The notes under the pieces are model-generated. The model did not search any database and was not told the origin of the DNA. It was given only the letters and a program-made list of their open reading frames with translations. From the NCBI GenBank assembly GCA_016235055.1, contig JACRMK010000066.1, positions 3,728 to 67,727 of the forward strand: DNA of 64,000 nt. The letters are read 5' to 3'. Positions 18,758-27,301 of the stretch are shown in pieces. The first letter of the stretch is position 1. Each line of letters opens with the position of its first letter. Origin of the DNA: Chloroflexota bacterium (lineage in GTDB: Bacteria > Chloroflexota > Anaerolineae > JACRMK01). The translations under genes and the position numbers were made by a program.

Positions 18758-20209
18758 ATGCCCCCCACCCGCACCCTCATCAAGGCTTCCCACATCATCG
18801 CCTATGACGGCAAGCGCCACCGCCACCTCAAGGACGGCGTCGTCGTGATCGAAGGCGACCGCATCATCCACGTCGGCAAAACGTGGACCGGCGCCGCCGA
18901 CGTGACGATCGACGCCGCCGGCCGCGTGGTGACGCCCGGCATGATCAACACACACACGCACCTGAGCGAGTCGCCGCTCGATCGCTCGCTCGTCGAGGAC
19001 ACCGGCAAGCGCAACTTCTACAACAGCGCACTATTCGATATGCTGCCCGGCCGCAGCGGAGCCGAGGACGAGGAGATGATGCAGATCTGCCTCGACTTCT
19101 CGTTCGCCGAACTCTTGCAGACCGGCACGACGACCGTCGTCGAGATGGGGCCAAAGGACCTGTACGACTACACCGCCGACACCGCCGCGCGCTACGGCGT
19201 CCGCGTTTACGTCGGCATGGGCTACCGTTCCGGCCGCTGGTACAGCGACGACGGCAAGGCGGTCAAGTATGAGTGGAACGAAGCGCAAGGCATACGCGAC
19301 ATGGACGACGGCGTCGCGTGGCTGGAGAAGAACCACGGCACGCGCGGCGGCCTGGTCAACGCCCTGCTGGCCCCGCGCCAGGTGGACACCTGCTCGGCAG
19401 CGCTGCTCAAGCGCACGCGCGAGGCGGCCAACCGGCTGAAGGCGCCGGTCACCCTGCACACCTCGCAGTCAGTGGTCGAGTTCCAGGAGATGATCCGCCG
19501 CAACGGCTGCACGCCGATCGAGTGGCTGCGCGACATCGGCTTCCTCGGCCCGGATGTATTGCTCGGCCATGCCATTATCATCAGCGGCCATTCGTGGGCC
19601 AACTACGCCGGCGACGACCTCGGCATCATGGCGTCAACCGGCGTGTCGGTCGCGCACGCGCCCTGGGTGTTCGTGCGGCGCGGCGTGACGATGGAGTCGT
19701 TCTATAAGTACATGCAGGCCGGCATCAACATGACGCTCGGCACCGACAGCGCGCCGCAGAACATGATCGAGTCGCTGCGCTACGCCAGCATCTTCGCCAA
19801 GCTGATCGAGCGGCAGACCGAGATCATGCGCGCCTCACACGTCTTCGACGCGGCGACGCTGGGCGGCGCGCGGGCGCTCGGCCGCGACGACCTCGGGCGG
19901 ATCGCCCCCGGCGCGAAGGCCGACCTGCTGATCTGGGAGGGCGCGAGCCACTCGATGGCCCCGCTGCGCGACCCGATCCGCAACATCGTCTATAATTCAC
20001 AGGCAAGCGACATCCGCACCACGATCGTCAATGGCCGCGTCGTCATGCATGACGGCGTGGTGGTCGGCGCGCCGGACATGCGGGCGCTGGCGCAGCGCAT
20101 GCAGGCTGCCGGCGAGCGCATGTGGCCGGCGATGCAGAAGGGCGACTGGGGCCACCGCACCGTCGACCAGATGTCGCCGATGAGCTACGCTGAGTGGGAC
20201 GGCGCGTGA
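18758..20209 (+). CDS. amidohydrolase-superfamily metal-dependent hydrolase (chlorohydrolase/aminohydrolase TRZ/ATZ-like)
   Basis: INTHTHLSESP (HxH metal site), a later HTSQS motif, and a C-terminal composite β-sandwich domain. The start ATG at 18758 is preceded by GAAAGGAA. Confidence 0.8.
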   Translation: MPPTRTLIKASHIIAYDGKRHRHLKDGVVVIEGDRIIHVGKTWTGAADVTIDAAGRVVTPGMINTHTHLSESPLDRSLVEDTGKRNFYNSALFDMLPGRSGAEDEEMMQICLDFSFAELLQTGTTTVVEMGPKDLYDYTADTAARYGVRVYVGMGYRSGRWYSDDGKAVKYEWNEAQGIRDMDDGVAWLEKNHGTRGGLVNALLAPRQVDTCSAALLKRTREAANRLKAPVTLHTSQSVVEFQEMIRRNGCTPIEWLRDIGFLGPDVLLGHAIIISGHSWANYAGDDLGIMASTGVSVAHAPWVFVRRGVTMESFYKYMQAGINMTLGTDSAPQNMIESLRYASIFAKLIERQTEIMRASHVFDAATLGGARALGRDDLGRIAPGAKADLLIWEGASHSMAPLRDPIRNIVYNSQASDIRTTIVNGRVVMHDGVVVGAPDMRALAQRMQAAGERMWPAMQKGDWGHRTVDQMSPMSYAEWDGA

Positions 20210-20210
20210 C

Positions 20211-20490
20211 AAGATGACACGATGACAAGATGACAAGATGACCGGATGACAAGGCGCCTTGGTGACAGGGTGACACAAGAGATCACAGAGTCGCCAGTCC
20301 AATGGCTTGTCATCCTGAGCGCGAAGGCAAGACGCTGTGCTTTTGGGGCGGTGCGCGCGCGAAGGATCTCGAATCTGTGATCTAATGTGACTAGGTGAGC
20401 ATCAGGCTATCGCTGGCGCCCCGTTTCTTGACGGGCATCGTCACCTTGTCATCCTGTCATCCTGTCATCTTGTCTTCTTGTCATTCTCTC
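20211..20490. repeat. composite intergenic element: long imperfect inverted repeats of GATGACAA/GG units flanking one GTCATCCTGAGCGCGAAGGC…GCGCGCGAAGGATCTCGAATCTG module
   Basis: The left arm at ~20211-20285 is the reverse complement of the right arm at ~20441-20487. The core module is at 20309-20378. All of this is seen directly. Confidence 0.6.
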
Positions 20491-20514
20491 GCCTTGCTCT
20501 AACATGGAGACCCG

Positions 20515-21960
20515 ATGGCCCCCGAACGCACACTGATCAAAGCATCGCACATCATCGCCTTTGACGGCAAACAGCACCGCTATCTGAAGGACGGCGTCGT
20601 CGTCTATGAGGGCGACAGCATCATCCACGTCGGCCGGAAATTCGACGGCACGCTTGACCACCTGATCGACGCGACCGGCAAGCTCGTGACGCCCGGCCTC
20701 ATCGACACACACATTCACATGGGCGGCTCGCCGCTCGACAAATCGTTCATCGAGGACCACGGCAAGCGCAACTTCTTCAACAGCGGCCTGTTCGAGATGC
20801 TGCCGGCGCGCGGCGCGGCGCAGGACCAGGCCGCCTCCGAGTGCTGCGTCGAGTTCTCGATGATGGAACTGCTGCACACCGGCACGACGACCGCGCTGGA
20901 GATGGGCAACGTGCACGACTACACGGCGGCGCAGGCGGCGCGCTTCGGCGTGCGCGCCTACATCGGGCCGATGTACCGCTCCGGCCGCTGGTACACCGAC
21001 GACGGCAAGACCGTCAAGTACCACTGGGACGAGGCGGCGGGCACGGCGGCGTTCGAGCGCGCGGTCAAGTGGATCGAGGAGAACGACGGCACGCACGGCG
21101 GGCTGGTCAAGGGCTTCCTCTCACCGGCGCAGGTCGACACGTGCAGCGAGGCGCTGCTGAAGCGCACGCGCGAGGCGGCCACCCGCATGCGCGTGCCGGT
21201 GCAGATGCACACCTCGCAGTCGGTCAACGAGTTTCGCGAGATGGTCAACCGGCACGGCCTGTCGCCGATCGAGTGGCTGGAGAGCATCGGCTTCCTCGGC
21301 CCCGACGTCTCGCTCGGGCACGCGATCATCGTGGCGGGCGGCGCGTGGGCGCAGTTTGCCGGCGACGACATCGCGATCATGGCGCGGCACGGCGTCTCGG
21401 TGGCGCACGCGCCGTGGGTGTTCGCGCGGCGCGGCATCGCTATGGAGTCGTTCGCGCGCTACCTGAAGGCGGGCATCAACATGACGCTCGGCACGGACAC
21501 CGCGCCGCAGTCGATGATCGAGGCGATGAAGTTCGCGGCCGTGATCAGCAAGATCATGGACCGCCAGACCGAAATCGCCACCGCCGCCGATATGTTCAAC
21601 GCGGCGACGCTCGGCGGCGCGCGCGCCGTCGGCCGCGACGACCTCGGGCGCATCAGCGCCGGGGCCAAGGCCGACATCGTCATCTGGGAGGCCGAAAGCC
21701 TCTGGATGTCGCCGCTGCGCGATCCGGCCAAGAACATCGTCTACAACGCGCAGGCCGAGGACGTCAAGACGGTTATCGTCAACGGGCGCGTCGTCATGCG
21801 CGACGGCGTCATCCCGAACGCGCCGAGCATCCAGCAGATGGCGCAGCGCCTGCAGGAAGCCGGCGGGCGCATGTGGCGCAACATCCCGGCCGGCGACTGG
21901 GCCGAGCGCGAAGCCGACGAACTAACGCCGCAGAGCTTTGACTACTGGGACGCCGCCTAA
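20515..21960 (+). CDS. amidohydrolase-superfamily hydrolase, tandem paralog of 18758-20209
   Basis: It is alignable end to end with the upstream gene (MAPERTLIKASHIIAFDGK… versus MPPTRTLIKASHIIAYDGK…) and has IDTHIHMGGSP. Confidence 0.8.
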   Translation: MAPERTLIKASHIIAFDGKQHRYLKDGVVVYEGDSIIHVGRKFDGTLDHLIDATGKLVTPGLIDTHIHMGGSPLDKSFIEDHGKRNFFNSGLFEMLPARGAAQDQAASECCVEFSMMELLHTGTTTALEMGNVHDYTAAQAARFGVRAYIGPMYRSGRWYTDDGKTVKYHWDEAAGTAAFERAVKWIEENDGTHGGLVKGFLSPAQVDTCSEALLKRTREAATRMRVPVQMHTSQSVNEFREMVNRHGLSPIEWLESIGFLGPDVSLGHAIIVAGGAWAQFAGDDIAIMARHGVSVAHAPWVFARRGIAMESFARYLKAGINMTLGTDTAPQSMIEAMKFAAVISKIMDRQTEIATAADMFNAATLGGARAVGRDDLGRISAGAKADIVIWEAESLWMSPLRDPAKNIVYNAQAEDVKTVIVNGRVVMRDGVIPNAPSIQQMAQRLQEAGGRMWRNIPAGDWAEREADELTPQSFDYWDAA

Positions 21961-21965
21961 TGGAA

Positions 21966-22066
21966 CCTCCAAATCCCAAACACCAAATCCCAAACGCTTC
22001 AAGCGTCGCGCTCTGCTCGCCGGGATCGGTGTTTTTGGGGCTTGGGATTTGAGATTTGGGATTTTT
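21966..22066. repeat. long imperfect hairpin of CCAAATCCCAAAC-type units
   Basis: CCAAATCCCAAACACCAAATCCCAAAC … GGGGCTTGGGATTTGAGATTTGGGATT. The arms are reverse-complementary. Confidence 0.5.
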
Positions 22067-22068
22067 AC

Positions 22069-22896
22069 GTGATCGATCATTTCATCCGCATCAACAACCT
22101 GCGCTTTCACTATCTGGAGTGGCCGCGTGACGGTGCGCCGGTCATGCTGCTCGTGCACGGCTTCAGCGGGCACGCGCTGACCTGGGATGTGTTCGCCGAA
22201 TCGATGGCGCGTCGCTTCCGCGTGATTGCGCTCGACCAGCGCGGCCACGGCGACAGCGACTGGGCCGACGAGTACGGCACGGAGCACTCGGTCAGCGATC
22301 TGCGCGAGTTCATCGCCGCGCTCGACCTGCACCAGATCACGCTCGTCGCGCACTCGATGGGCGCGCGCAACAGCATGGTCTACCTGAACCGTGAGCCGGC
22401 GCGGGTGGCGAAGTTTGTGATCGTGGACATCGGGCCGGAGTTGAGCACGGCCGGCGGCACGCGCATCCGCGACGGCTGGCAGAACTCTCAGGACGTGTTC
22501 GATTCGCCGGAGGAGGCGTTCGCGCAGTTGCGCGCCGTCAACCAGCGCCCGCCGCTGGAGCACCACCGCACGCGCGTCTATCACAGCCTCAAGCAGTTGC
22601 CCGACGGCCAATGGACGTGGAAGTACGACAAGAAGCTGCGCACGCCCGGCGGCCAGCACGCGCCGCATGCGCTGATCACCACCGCCGACTGGTGGCGCAT
22701 GTGGCAGAACATCGCCTGCCCGACCCTGCTCGTGCGCGGCGGCCTGTCCGACCTGCTGTCGCCCGAGACGGCGCAGAAGATGACCGAAACGAACCGGCAC
22801 TGCACGCTGGTCGAAATCCCCGGCGCGGGTCATTCCGTGCCGATGGATCGCCCGGCGGAGTTTGAAGCAGCCGTGCGGGAATGGCTGCAACCATGA
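22069..22896 (+). CDS. alpha/beta-fold hydrolase
   Basis: LLVHGFSGHA and VAHSMGAR (GxSxG nucleophile elbow). The track ORF begins at TTG 22042 inside the hairpin repeat. The in-frame GTG at 22069 is preferred, but the start is uncertain. Confidence 0.7.
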   Translation: MIDHFIRINNLRFHYLEWPRDGAPVMLLVHGFSGHALTWDVFAESMARRFRVIALDQRGHGDSDWADEYGTEHSVSDLREFIAALDLHQITLVAHSMGARNSMVYLNREPARVAKFVIVDIGPELSTAGGTRIRDGWQNSQDVFDSPEEAFAQLRAVNQRPPLEHHRTRVYHSLKQLPDGQWTWKYDKKLRTPGGQHAPHALITTADWWRMWQNIACPTLLVRGGLSDLLSPETAQKMTETNRHCTLVEIPGAGHSVPMDRPAEFEAAVREWLQP

Positions 22897-23624
22897 CACC
22901 ACGTAATTCCTATCTGATATTGGCCTGTGTGATGCTGTTCATGAGCGCCTGCTCCTTCGGCGGCTTGCTGGCGCCGGAGCCGACGCCCGCACCGACGCGC
23001 CGGCCGCGGCCGACCAACACGGCGACTCCGACCGAGACGCCCACGCCGACCGAGACGCCGACAGCGGTTCCAACCGCCACCGGCACGTCGACGCCAACCA
23101 GCGTGCCGCCGACCGCGACCAATACCAGCGTGCCGAGCGCGACGTTCACACGTCGCCCGCCGACGCTGACCTTCACCGCGACCGCGCCGCCTGCCCCGAC
23201 CAATACACCCGTGCCCGAATTCCCGCTGACCCACAACTGGGTCAACGCGGGCCGCCCGTATGACGCCAACGAGTGCGCAACCTTTCCGAACGGCACGCAC
23301 ATCGGCGGGCAGGTCAAGCGCGCCGACGGCAGCGTGGTCACCGGCGCGATCCGCACCGCCGCCATGCACCTCTGGATCAAAGGCGACAACGGCGGCATCT
23401 TCGCCTACCCGGGACTGTACCGCGACTTCCCAAACTGGAACGACGGCCGCTGGGACGCCGAATTCCCAAAACGGGCGCAGGACTTCGAGTGGCACATTTT
23501 TATCAGCGCTAAGGGTAGCGACGCGAGCATCTCCAGCGATCTGAGCGCCGTCGCCTCGGCGGTCGACAAGTGCGGGCAACCCGGCACGAAGAACTACTTT
23601 GTCGTTGACTGGGTCACGCGCTAA
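22893..23624 (+). CDS. lipoprotein with a Pro/Thr-rich linker and a conserved C-terminal domain of unknown function
   Basis: Lipobox LFMSAC is followed by a PTPT-rich low-complexity stretch. The C-domain carries DANEC…NGTHI…MHLWIKGD…AYPGLYRDFP…FPKRAQDFEWH…DKCGQPGT. The start shares an ATGA overlap with the upstream stop. Confidence 0.6.
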   Translation: MTPRNSYLILACVMLFMSACSFGGLLAPEPTPAPTRRPRPTNTATPTETPTPTETPTAVPTATGTSTPTSVPPTATNTSVPSATFTRRPPTLTFTATAPPAPTNTPVPEFPLTHNWVNAGRPYDANECATFPNGTHIGGQVKRADGSVVTGAIRTAAMHLWIKGDNGGIFAYPGLYRDFPNWNDGRWDAEFPKRAQDFEWHIFISAKGSDASISSDLSAVASAVDKCGQPGTKNYFVVDWVTR

Positions 23625-23640
23625 CGAAAGGAAGCAGGCG

Positions 23641-24441
23641 ATGCATCGCTGGTTGACGGTACTGCTGTGGACGGTCATCGTGCTGGCGACGGCCTGCACG
23701 CCGGACGACCTCGCCTCGCTGCGGCCCACGGCCACGCCGCCGCGCCCGCGCCCGACCGAGATCGTGCGGGCACTGCCGACGCCGACCGTCGAGGCAACAC
23801 TCACGCTCGTGCCGCTGCCGACCGCCACGGGCACCAGCACGCCGACCGCCACCAGTACGGTGACGCAAACGCCGGCCGCCACCGCAACCGGCACCAGCAC
23901 GCCGACGCGCCGGCCCCCAACGGCAACCTTCACGCGCCGGCCGCCCACGCTGACGTTTACGCCGCGCCCGCCGACGCTCACCTCCACACCGCGTCCGCCG
24001 ACCAACACGCCCGTCCCCACGAACACGCCGGTGCCGCCGTTCCCGCTCGTCGCGCGCTGGGTCAACAGCGGCCGTCCGTTCGATGCCAACGAATGCACGT
24101 GGCTCAACGGCACGCACATCGTCGGGATGGTACGCCACAAAGACGGCACGCCGGTGACCGGGCAGGCCAAGGCCGCGATCATGCACCTCTGGATCAAAGG
24201 CGACGGCGGCGGCCCGTACGCCTATCCAGGACTCTATCGGGACTTCCCGCAATGGTCGGACGGGCAATGGGACGCCGACTTTCCGAAACGCGCGCAGGAC
24301 TTCGAGTGGCACGTCTTCATCAGCGCAAAGAATAGCGACGACCCGATCTCGTCCGATCTGGCTGGCGTTTCGTCCGGGGCGGACAAGTGCGGGCAGCCGG
24401 GCACACGCAACTATTTTGTGGCGGACTGGTATCAGAATTGA
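23641..24441 (+). CDS. lipoprotein, tandem paralog of 22893-23624
   Basis: Lipobox LATAC, a PT-rich linker, and the same C-terminal domain with conserved Cys and Trp positions. A GAAAGGAAG RBS is present. Confidence 0.6.
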   Translation: MHRWLTVLLWTVIVLATACTPDDLASLRPTATPPRPRPTEIVRALPTPTVEATLTLVPLPTATGTSTPTATSTVTQTPAATATGTSTPTRRPPTATFTRRPPTLTFTPRPPTLTSTPRPPTNTPVPTNTPVPPFPLVARWVNSGRPFDANECTWLNGTHIVGMVRHKDGTPVTGQAKAAIMHLWIKGDGGGPYAYPGLYRDFPQWSDGQWDADFPKRAQDFEWHVFISAKNSDDPISSDLAGVSSGADKCGQPGTRNYFVADWYQN

Positions 24442-24532
24442 GATTGACTGCATAATAGAGTACGAGGGCAAGCATGGCGACCAAGAGCGAAAGCTGGCCT
24501 TGCGACAAGTTGCATAACACATTGGCGAAAAA

Positions 24533-24826
24533 ATGAAGACCCTGGATGAAATCAAGAGGGATTTGCGAGAGCAACGCGGCCTACTCGCCGAGCGGTACGG
24601 GGTCGCGGTCGTCGGCATCTTCGGATCACAGGTTCGCGGTGAAGCGAGGACTGACAGTGATGTGGACCTCCTGGCGGACATCGTGCGTCCCATCAGCCTG
24701 TTCGAACTGGTTGGCGCAGAGCTGTATTTGAGCGACCTGCTGGGCATGAAGGTTGACCTGGTGCCGAAGCGGAGCCTGCGGGCAGAACTGCGAGACATCA
24801 TTATCAACGAGGCGGTGGCGCTGTGA
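24533..24826 (+). CDS. nucleotidyltransferase (MNT-type antitoxin of the HepT/MNT module)
   Basis: GSQVRGEARTDSDVDLL is the Pol-beta-type NTase motif. The stop overlaps the HepT start (GTGA). Confidence 0.75.
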   Translation: MKTLDEIKRDLREQRGLLAERYGVAVVGIFGSQVRGEARTDSDVDLLADIVRPISLFELVGAELYLSDLLGMKVDLVPKRSLRAELRDIIINEAVAL

Positions 24827-25177
24827 ACCGCAAGATTTCGCTTTACTTACGAGACATTCTCGAGAACATGCGGAATACGGAGGAGTTCGTGACCGGCATG
24901 CCCAGGGAGCGCTTCGAGCGCGACAAAAAGACGCTGTATGCCGTTCTGCGCTCGATTGAAGTTATCGGCGAGGCGACCAAGCACGTTCCTCAAGAAATCA
25001 GGGATCGCTATCCGGATATCCCTTTGGAGGGAAATGGCGGGTATGCGTGACAAGCTGATTCATGATTACATTGCCGTGGACGTGGAGACGGTGTGGTTGG
25101 TCATCGCAGATCGCATACCGGCGATCATGCCGCGCGTGGAGCAGGTTCTGATCGACGTACAACGAACAGAGAAATAG
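24823..25177 (+). pseudogene. HepT (DUF86/HEPN) toxin gene disrupted by a +1 frameshift
   Basis: The N-part (…IGEATKHVPQEIRDRYPDIP) lies in frame 1. The C-part (WREMAGMRDKLIHDYIAVDVETVWLV…) lies in another frame. An extra T in the CCTTTGG run at ~25022-25026 separates them. Confidence 0.65.
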
Positions 25178-25216
25178 GCGACGATCGCCTGCAGAGAAAC
25201 CAAGGGGAACAACAGC

Positions 25217-25633
25217 ATGGACCGCACCTATATCGAACGCGTATTCGCCGCCGTCGCGGCCAAAGACCTGGAGACGGTGATGGCCGTCTTCGCCGACGAC
25301 GCGCTGTTGTACGACCCGCACTACCCCCAGCCGGAGATGCGCGGCAAGGCCGCCATCCGGCGCGGGCTGGAATGGGGCATGGGCAGCATGCAGAAGTTCG
25401 GCTTCCCGATCCGCAACTGCTGGATCGACGGCGACAAGGCCGTGATCGAGGTCGACACGCACCACGTGCTCAAAGGCGGCATGGAGCTCAAGTTCCCGCA
25501 GATCTTCGTGATCGAGACGCGCGACGGGCTGGTGACGCGCTTGCAGTCGTACGTACCATACCCGCCGCCGGGTATTCCCGGCATGATTGGCGGCCTCACC
25601 CGCTTGCAGTGGCGGCTGACCGGGAAGATGTAG
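25217..25633 (+). CDS. SnoaL-like / NTF2-like polyketide cyclase-fold protein
   Basis: The size and pattern (…VFAAVAAKDLETVMAVFADDALLYDP…) are typical of NTF2-like ketosteroid-isomerase-fold proteins. Confidence 0.6.
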   Translation: MDRTYIERVFAAVAAKDLETVMAVFADDALLYDPHYPQPEMRGKAAIRRGLEWGMGSMQKFGFPIRNCWIDGDKAVIEVDTHHVLKGGMELKFPQIFVIETRDGLVTRLQSYVPYPPPGIPGMIGGLTRLQWRLTGKM

Positions 25634-25644
25634 CACGGAATCAA

Positions 25645-25678
25645 GACCTCACAGGTCTTGGGGGACCTGTGAGGTCTC
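25645..25678 (+). terminator. stable hairpin after the SnoaL-like gene (candidate terminator or 5'-UTR structure of the following gene)
   Basis: A 14-bp stem AGACCTCACAGGTC/GACCTGTGAGGTCT with loop TTGGGG. No T-run follows it. Confidence 0.4.
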
Positions 25679-25698
25679 CTAAACACAAGGAGACACAC

Positions 25699-26556
25699 AT
25701 GGACAAACGACGATTCGGACGCACTAACCACAAGAGTTCGATCATCATCTTCGGCGCAGCAGCGCTCGGCGAGGTGTCGCAGGCCGACGCCGACCGCGCG
25801 ATCGAGGCGGCGGTCGCGCACGGCGTCAACCACATCGACATCGCGCCGTCGTACGGCGAGGCCGAACTGCGCATGGGCCCGTGGATGAAGACACACCGCA
25901 AAGACGTGTTTCTGGGCTGCAAGACCACTGAGCGCACGAAGCAGGGCGCGTGGGACGAACTGCGCCGCTCGCTCGACCGCCTGCAGACCGACCACTTCGA
26001 TCTCTACCAGATGCACTCGCTCAAGAGCATCGCGGACGCCGACGAGGCGCTCGGCCCCGGCGGCGCGCTCGAGGCGTTCCTCGAAGCGAAGGCGCAGGGG
26101 CTGACGAAGTACCTCGGCGTCACCGGCCACGGCCTGCACATCGCCGCGACGCACCTGCACGCGCTCAGCCGCTTCGACTTCGACTCGGTGCTGTTCCCGC
26201 TGAACCCGGTGCTGTGGGCGAACGAGACGTACCGCGCCGACGCCGAGCGCCTGCTGGAGACGGCGCGCACGCGCGACCTCGGCGTAATGTGCATCAAGGC
26301 GTGGACGAAGGGGCCGTGGGGCGCGCGCGCGCGCAGCTACCACACCTGGTACGAGCCGTTCGACGACGCGCCGACGCAGCGGGATGTCATGCGCTTTGCG
26401 CTCTCGCAGAACGGCGTGACCGGCCTGTGCAGCGCGGGCGACGTGCGGCTGATTGACAACATCCTGAACGCCGCCGAGACGTTCATGCCGATGAACCTGT
26501 TCGAGCAGTCCGAGATGCTGAAGCAGTCGGCGCAGTACGAGAACCTGTTCGCATAG
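25699..26556 (+). CDS. aldo/keto reductase
   Basis: …GVNHIDIAPSYGEAE…(catalytic Y), and the AKR TIM-barrel pattern. An AAGGAG RBS is present and the start is frame-consistent. Confidence 0.85.
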   Translation: MDKRRFGRTNHKSSIIIFGAAALGEVSQADADRAIEAAVAHGVNHIDIAPSYGEAELRMGPWMKTHRKDVFLGCKTTERTKQGAWDELRRSLDRLQTDHFDLYQMHSLKSIADADEALGPGGALEAFLEAKAQGLTKYLGVTGHGLHIAATHLHALSRFDFDSVLFPLNPVLWANETYRADAERLLETARTRDLGVMCIKAWTKGPWGARARSYHTWYEPFDDAPTQRDVMRFALSQNGVTGLCSAGDVRLIDNILNAAETFMPMNLFEQSEMLKQSAQYENLFA

Positions 26557-26562
26557 GAAAGT

Positions 26563-26780
26563 TCTACCGCAGAGGACGCGGAGAACGCAGAAAAGGGGCT
26601 AGCATTGTCGTAACGCGTGCGCGCCTGAAAAGGGTTGTCATGCTGAGCGCGGAGGCAAGACCGGCGGCGTACAACCCGCCGGTGGCGCGAAGCATCTTGT
26701 ATGCCGCAATTCAGATGCTTCGCGCGTGAGGCGTGCCATAGGCCGATCGTGCGACCTTCGCGTTCAGCATGACATTTCTA
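26563..26780. repeat. palindromic copy of the GTCATCCTGAGCG-type module family (variant GTCATGCTGAGCGCGGAGGC … GCGCGAAGCATCTTG … CAGATGCTTCGCGC … inverted partial copy)
   Basis: A purine-rich half-arm CCGCAGAGGACGCGGAGAACGCAGAAAAGG precedes it. An inverted partial copy ATGTCATGCTGAACGCGAAGG lies ~120 bp downstream. Confidence 0.5.
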
Positions 26781-26818
26781 GCGAGCATGGCTCGCTCAAT
26801 CCGAATTGCGATGGCACC

Positions 26819-27121
26819 ATGAGAGACGGAACACGTTACCACGCGCAATACCCGGTTTCGGCCTACACGTTTCCACGCGAAGCGCACATTCATGCTGTGC
26901 AATTTGACGCGGAATACATCCACGTCGATTTGACCGACGGTCGCCGTATCTCTATGCCGCTTTGGTGGATACCGACACTCTTCAATGCGCCAGCCGAAGA
27001 GCGCGAGAAATACGAGATTGACCGCAGTCGAAGCATGCTCGTCTGGAATCCGGCGCATTGCAGTATCAACGACGAGTTGCGCATCATAGACTACCTCGAG
27101 CCAGCGCGCGGTACAGAATAG
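26819..27121 (+). CDS. DUF2442-like small protein
   Basis: …DGRRISMPLWWIPTLFNAPAEEREKYEI… resembles the DUF2442 pattern. The start is uncertain. The upstream part of the track ORF is the repeat element, not coding. Confidence 0.5.
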   Translation: MRDGTRYHAQYPVSAYTFPREAHIHAVQFDAEYIHVDLTDGRRISMPLWWIPTLFNAPAEEREKYEIDRSRSMLVWNPAHCSINDELRIIDYLEPARGTE

Positions 27122-27157
27122 CAGGTGGCTACACCTACCGGCCGCACGGAATATCGG

Positions 27158-27200
27158 AAAGGCCCTCCGGGTTGTCGAAACCCAGAGGGCCTTTCTTGTG
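27158..27200 (+). terminator. hairpin terminator after the DUF2442-like gene
   Basis: A 10-bp stem AAAGGCCCTC/GAGGGCCTTT is followed by CTTGTGATT. Confidence 0.5.
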
Positions 27201-27209
27201 ATTCAGAAC

Positions 27210-27286
27210 AAAACACCAAGACACAAAGGCACAAAGAAATCAGATTGGTTTTCCTTTGTGTCTCTGTGCCTCTGTGTCTCTGTGGT
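27210..27286. repeat. CACAAAG-unit palindromic hairpin (family member)
   Basis: CACCAAGACACAAAGGCACAAAGAAA … TTTGTGTCTCTGTGCCTCTGTGTCTCTGTGGTG. It lies between convergent genes. Confidence 0.55.
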
Positions 27287-27301
27287 GAGTTTCCGAGTGC
27301 C

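Noticed and set aside
20211-20285. Possible CRISPR array suggested by tandem GATGACAA units.
   Set aside because: The units are 8-9 nt with no unique spacers. The array is mirrored as an inverted repeat 150 bp away, and no cas genes are present. It is a repeat element, not CRISPR.
24938-25177. Separate 79-aa gene following the MNT gene.
   Set aside because: It is the C-terminal half of HepT in a shifted frame, the consequence of the frameshift, not an independent gene.
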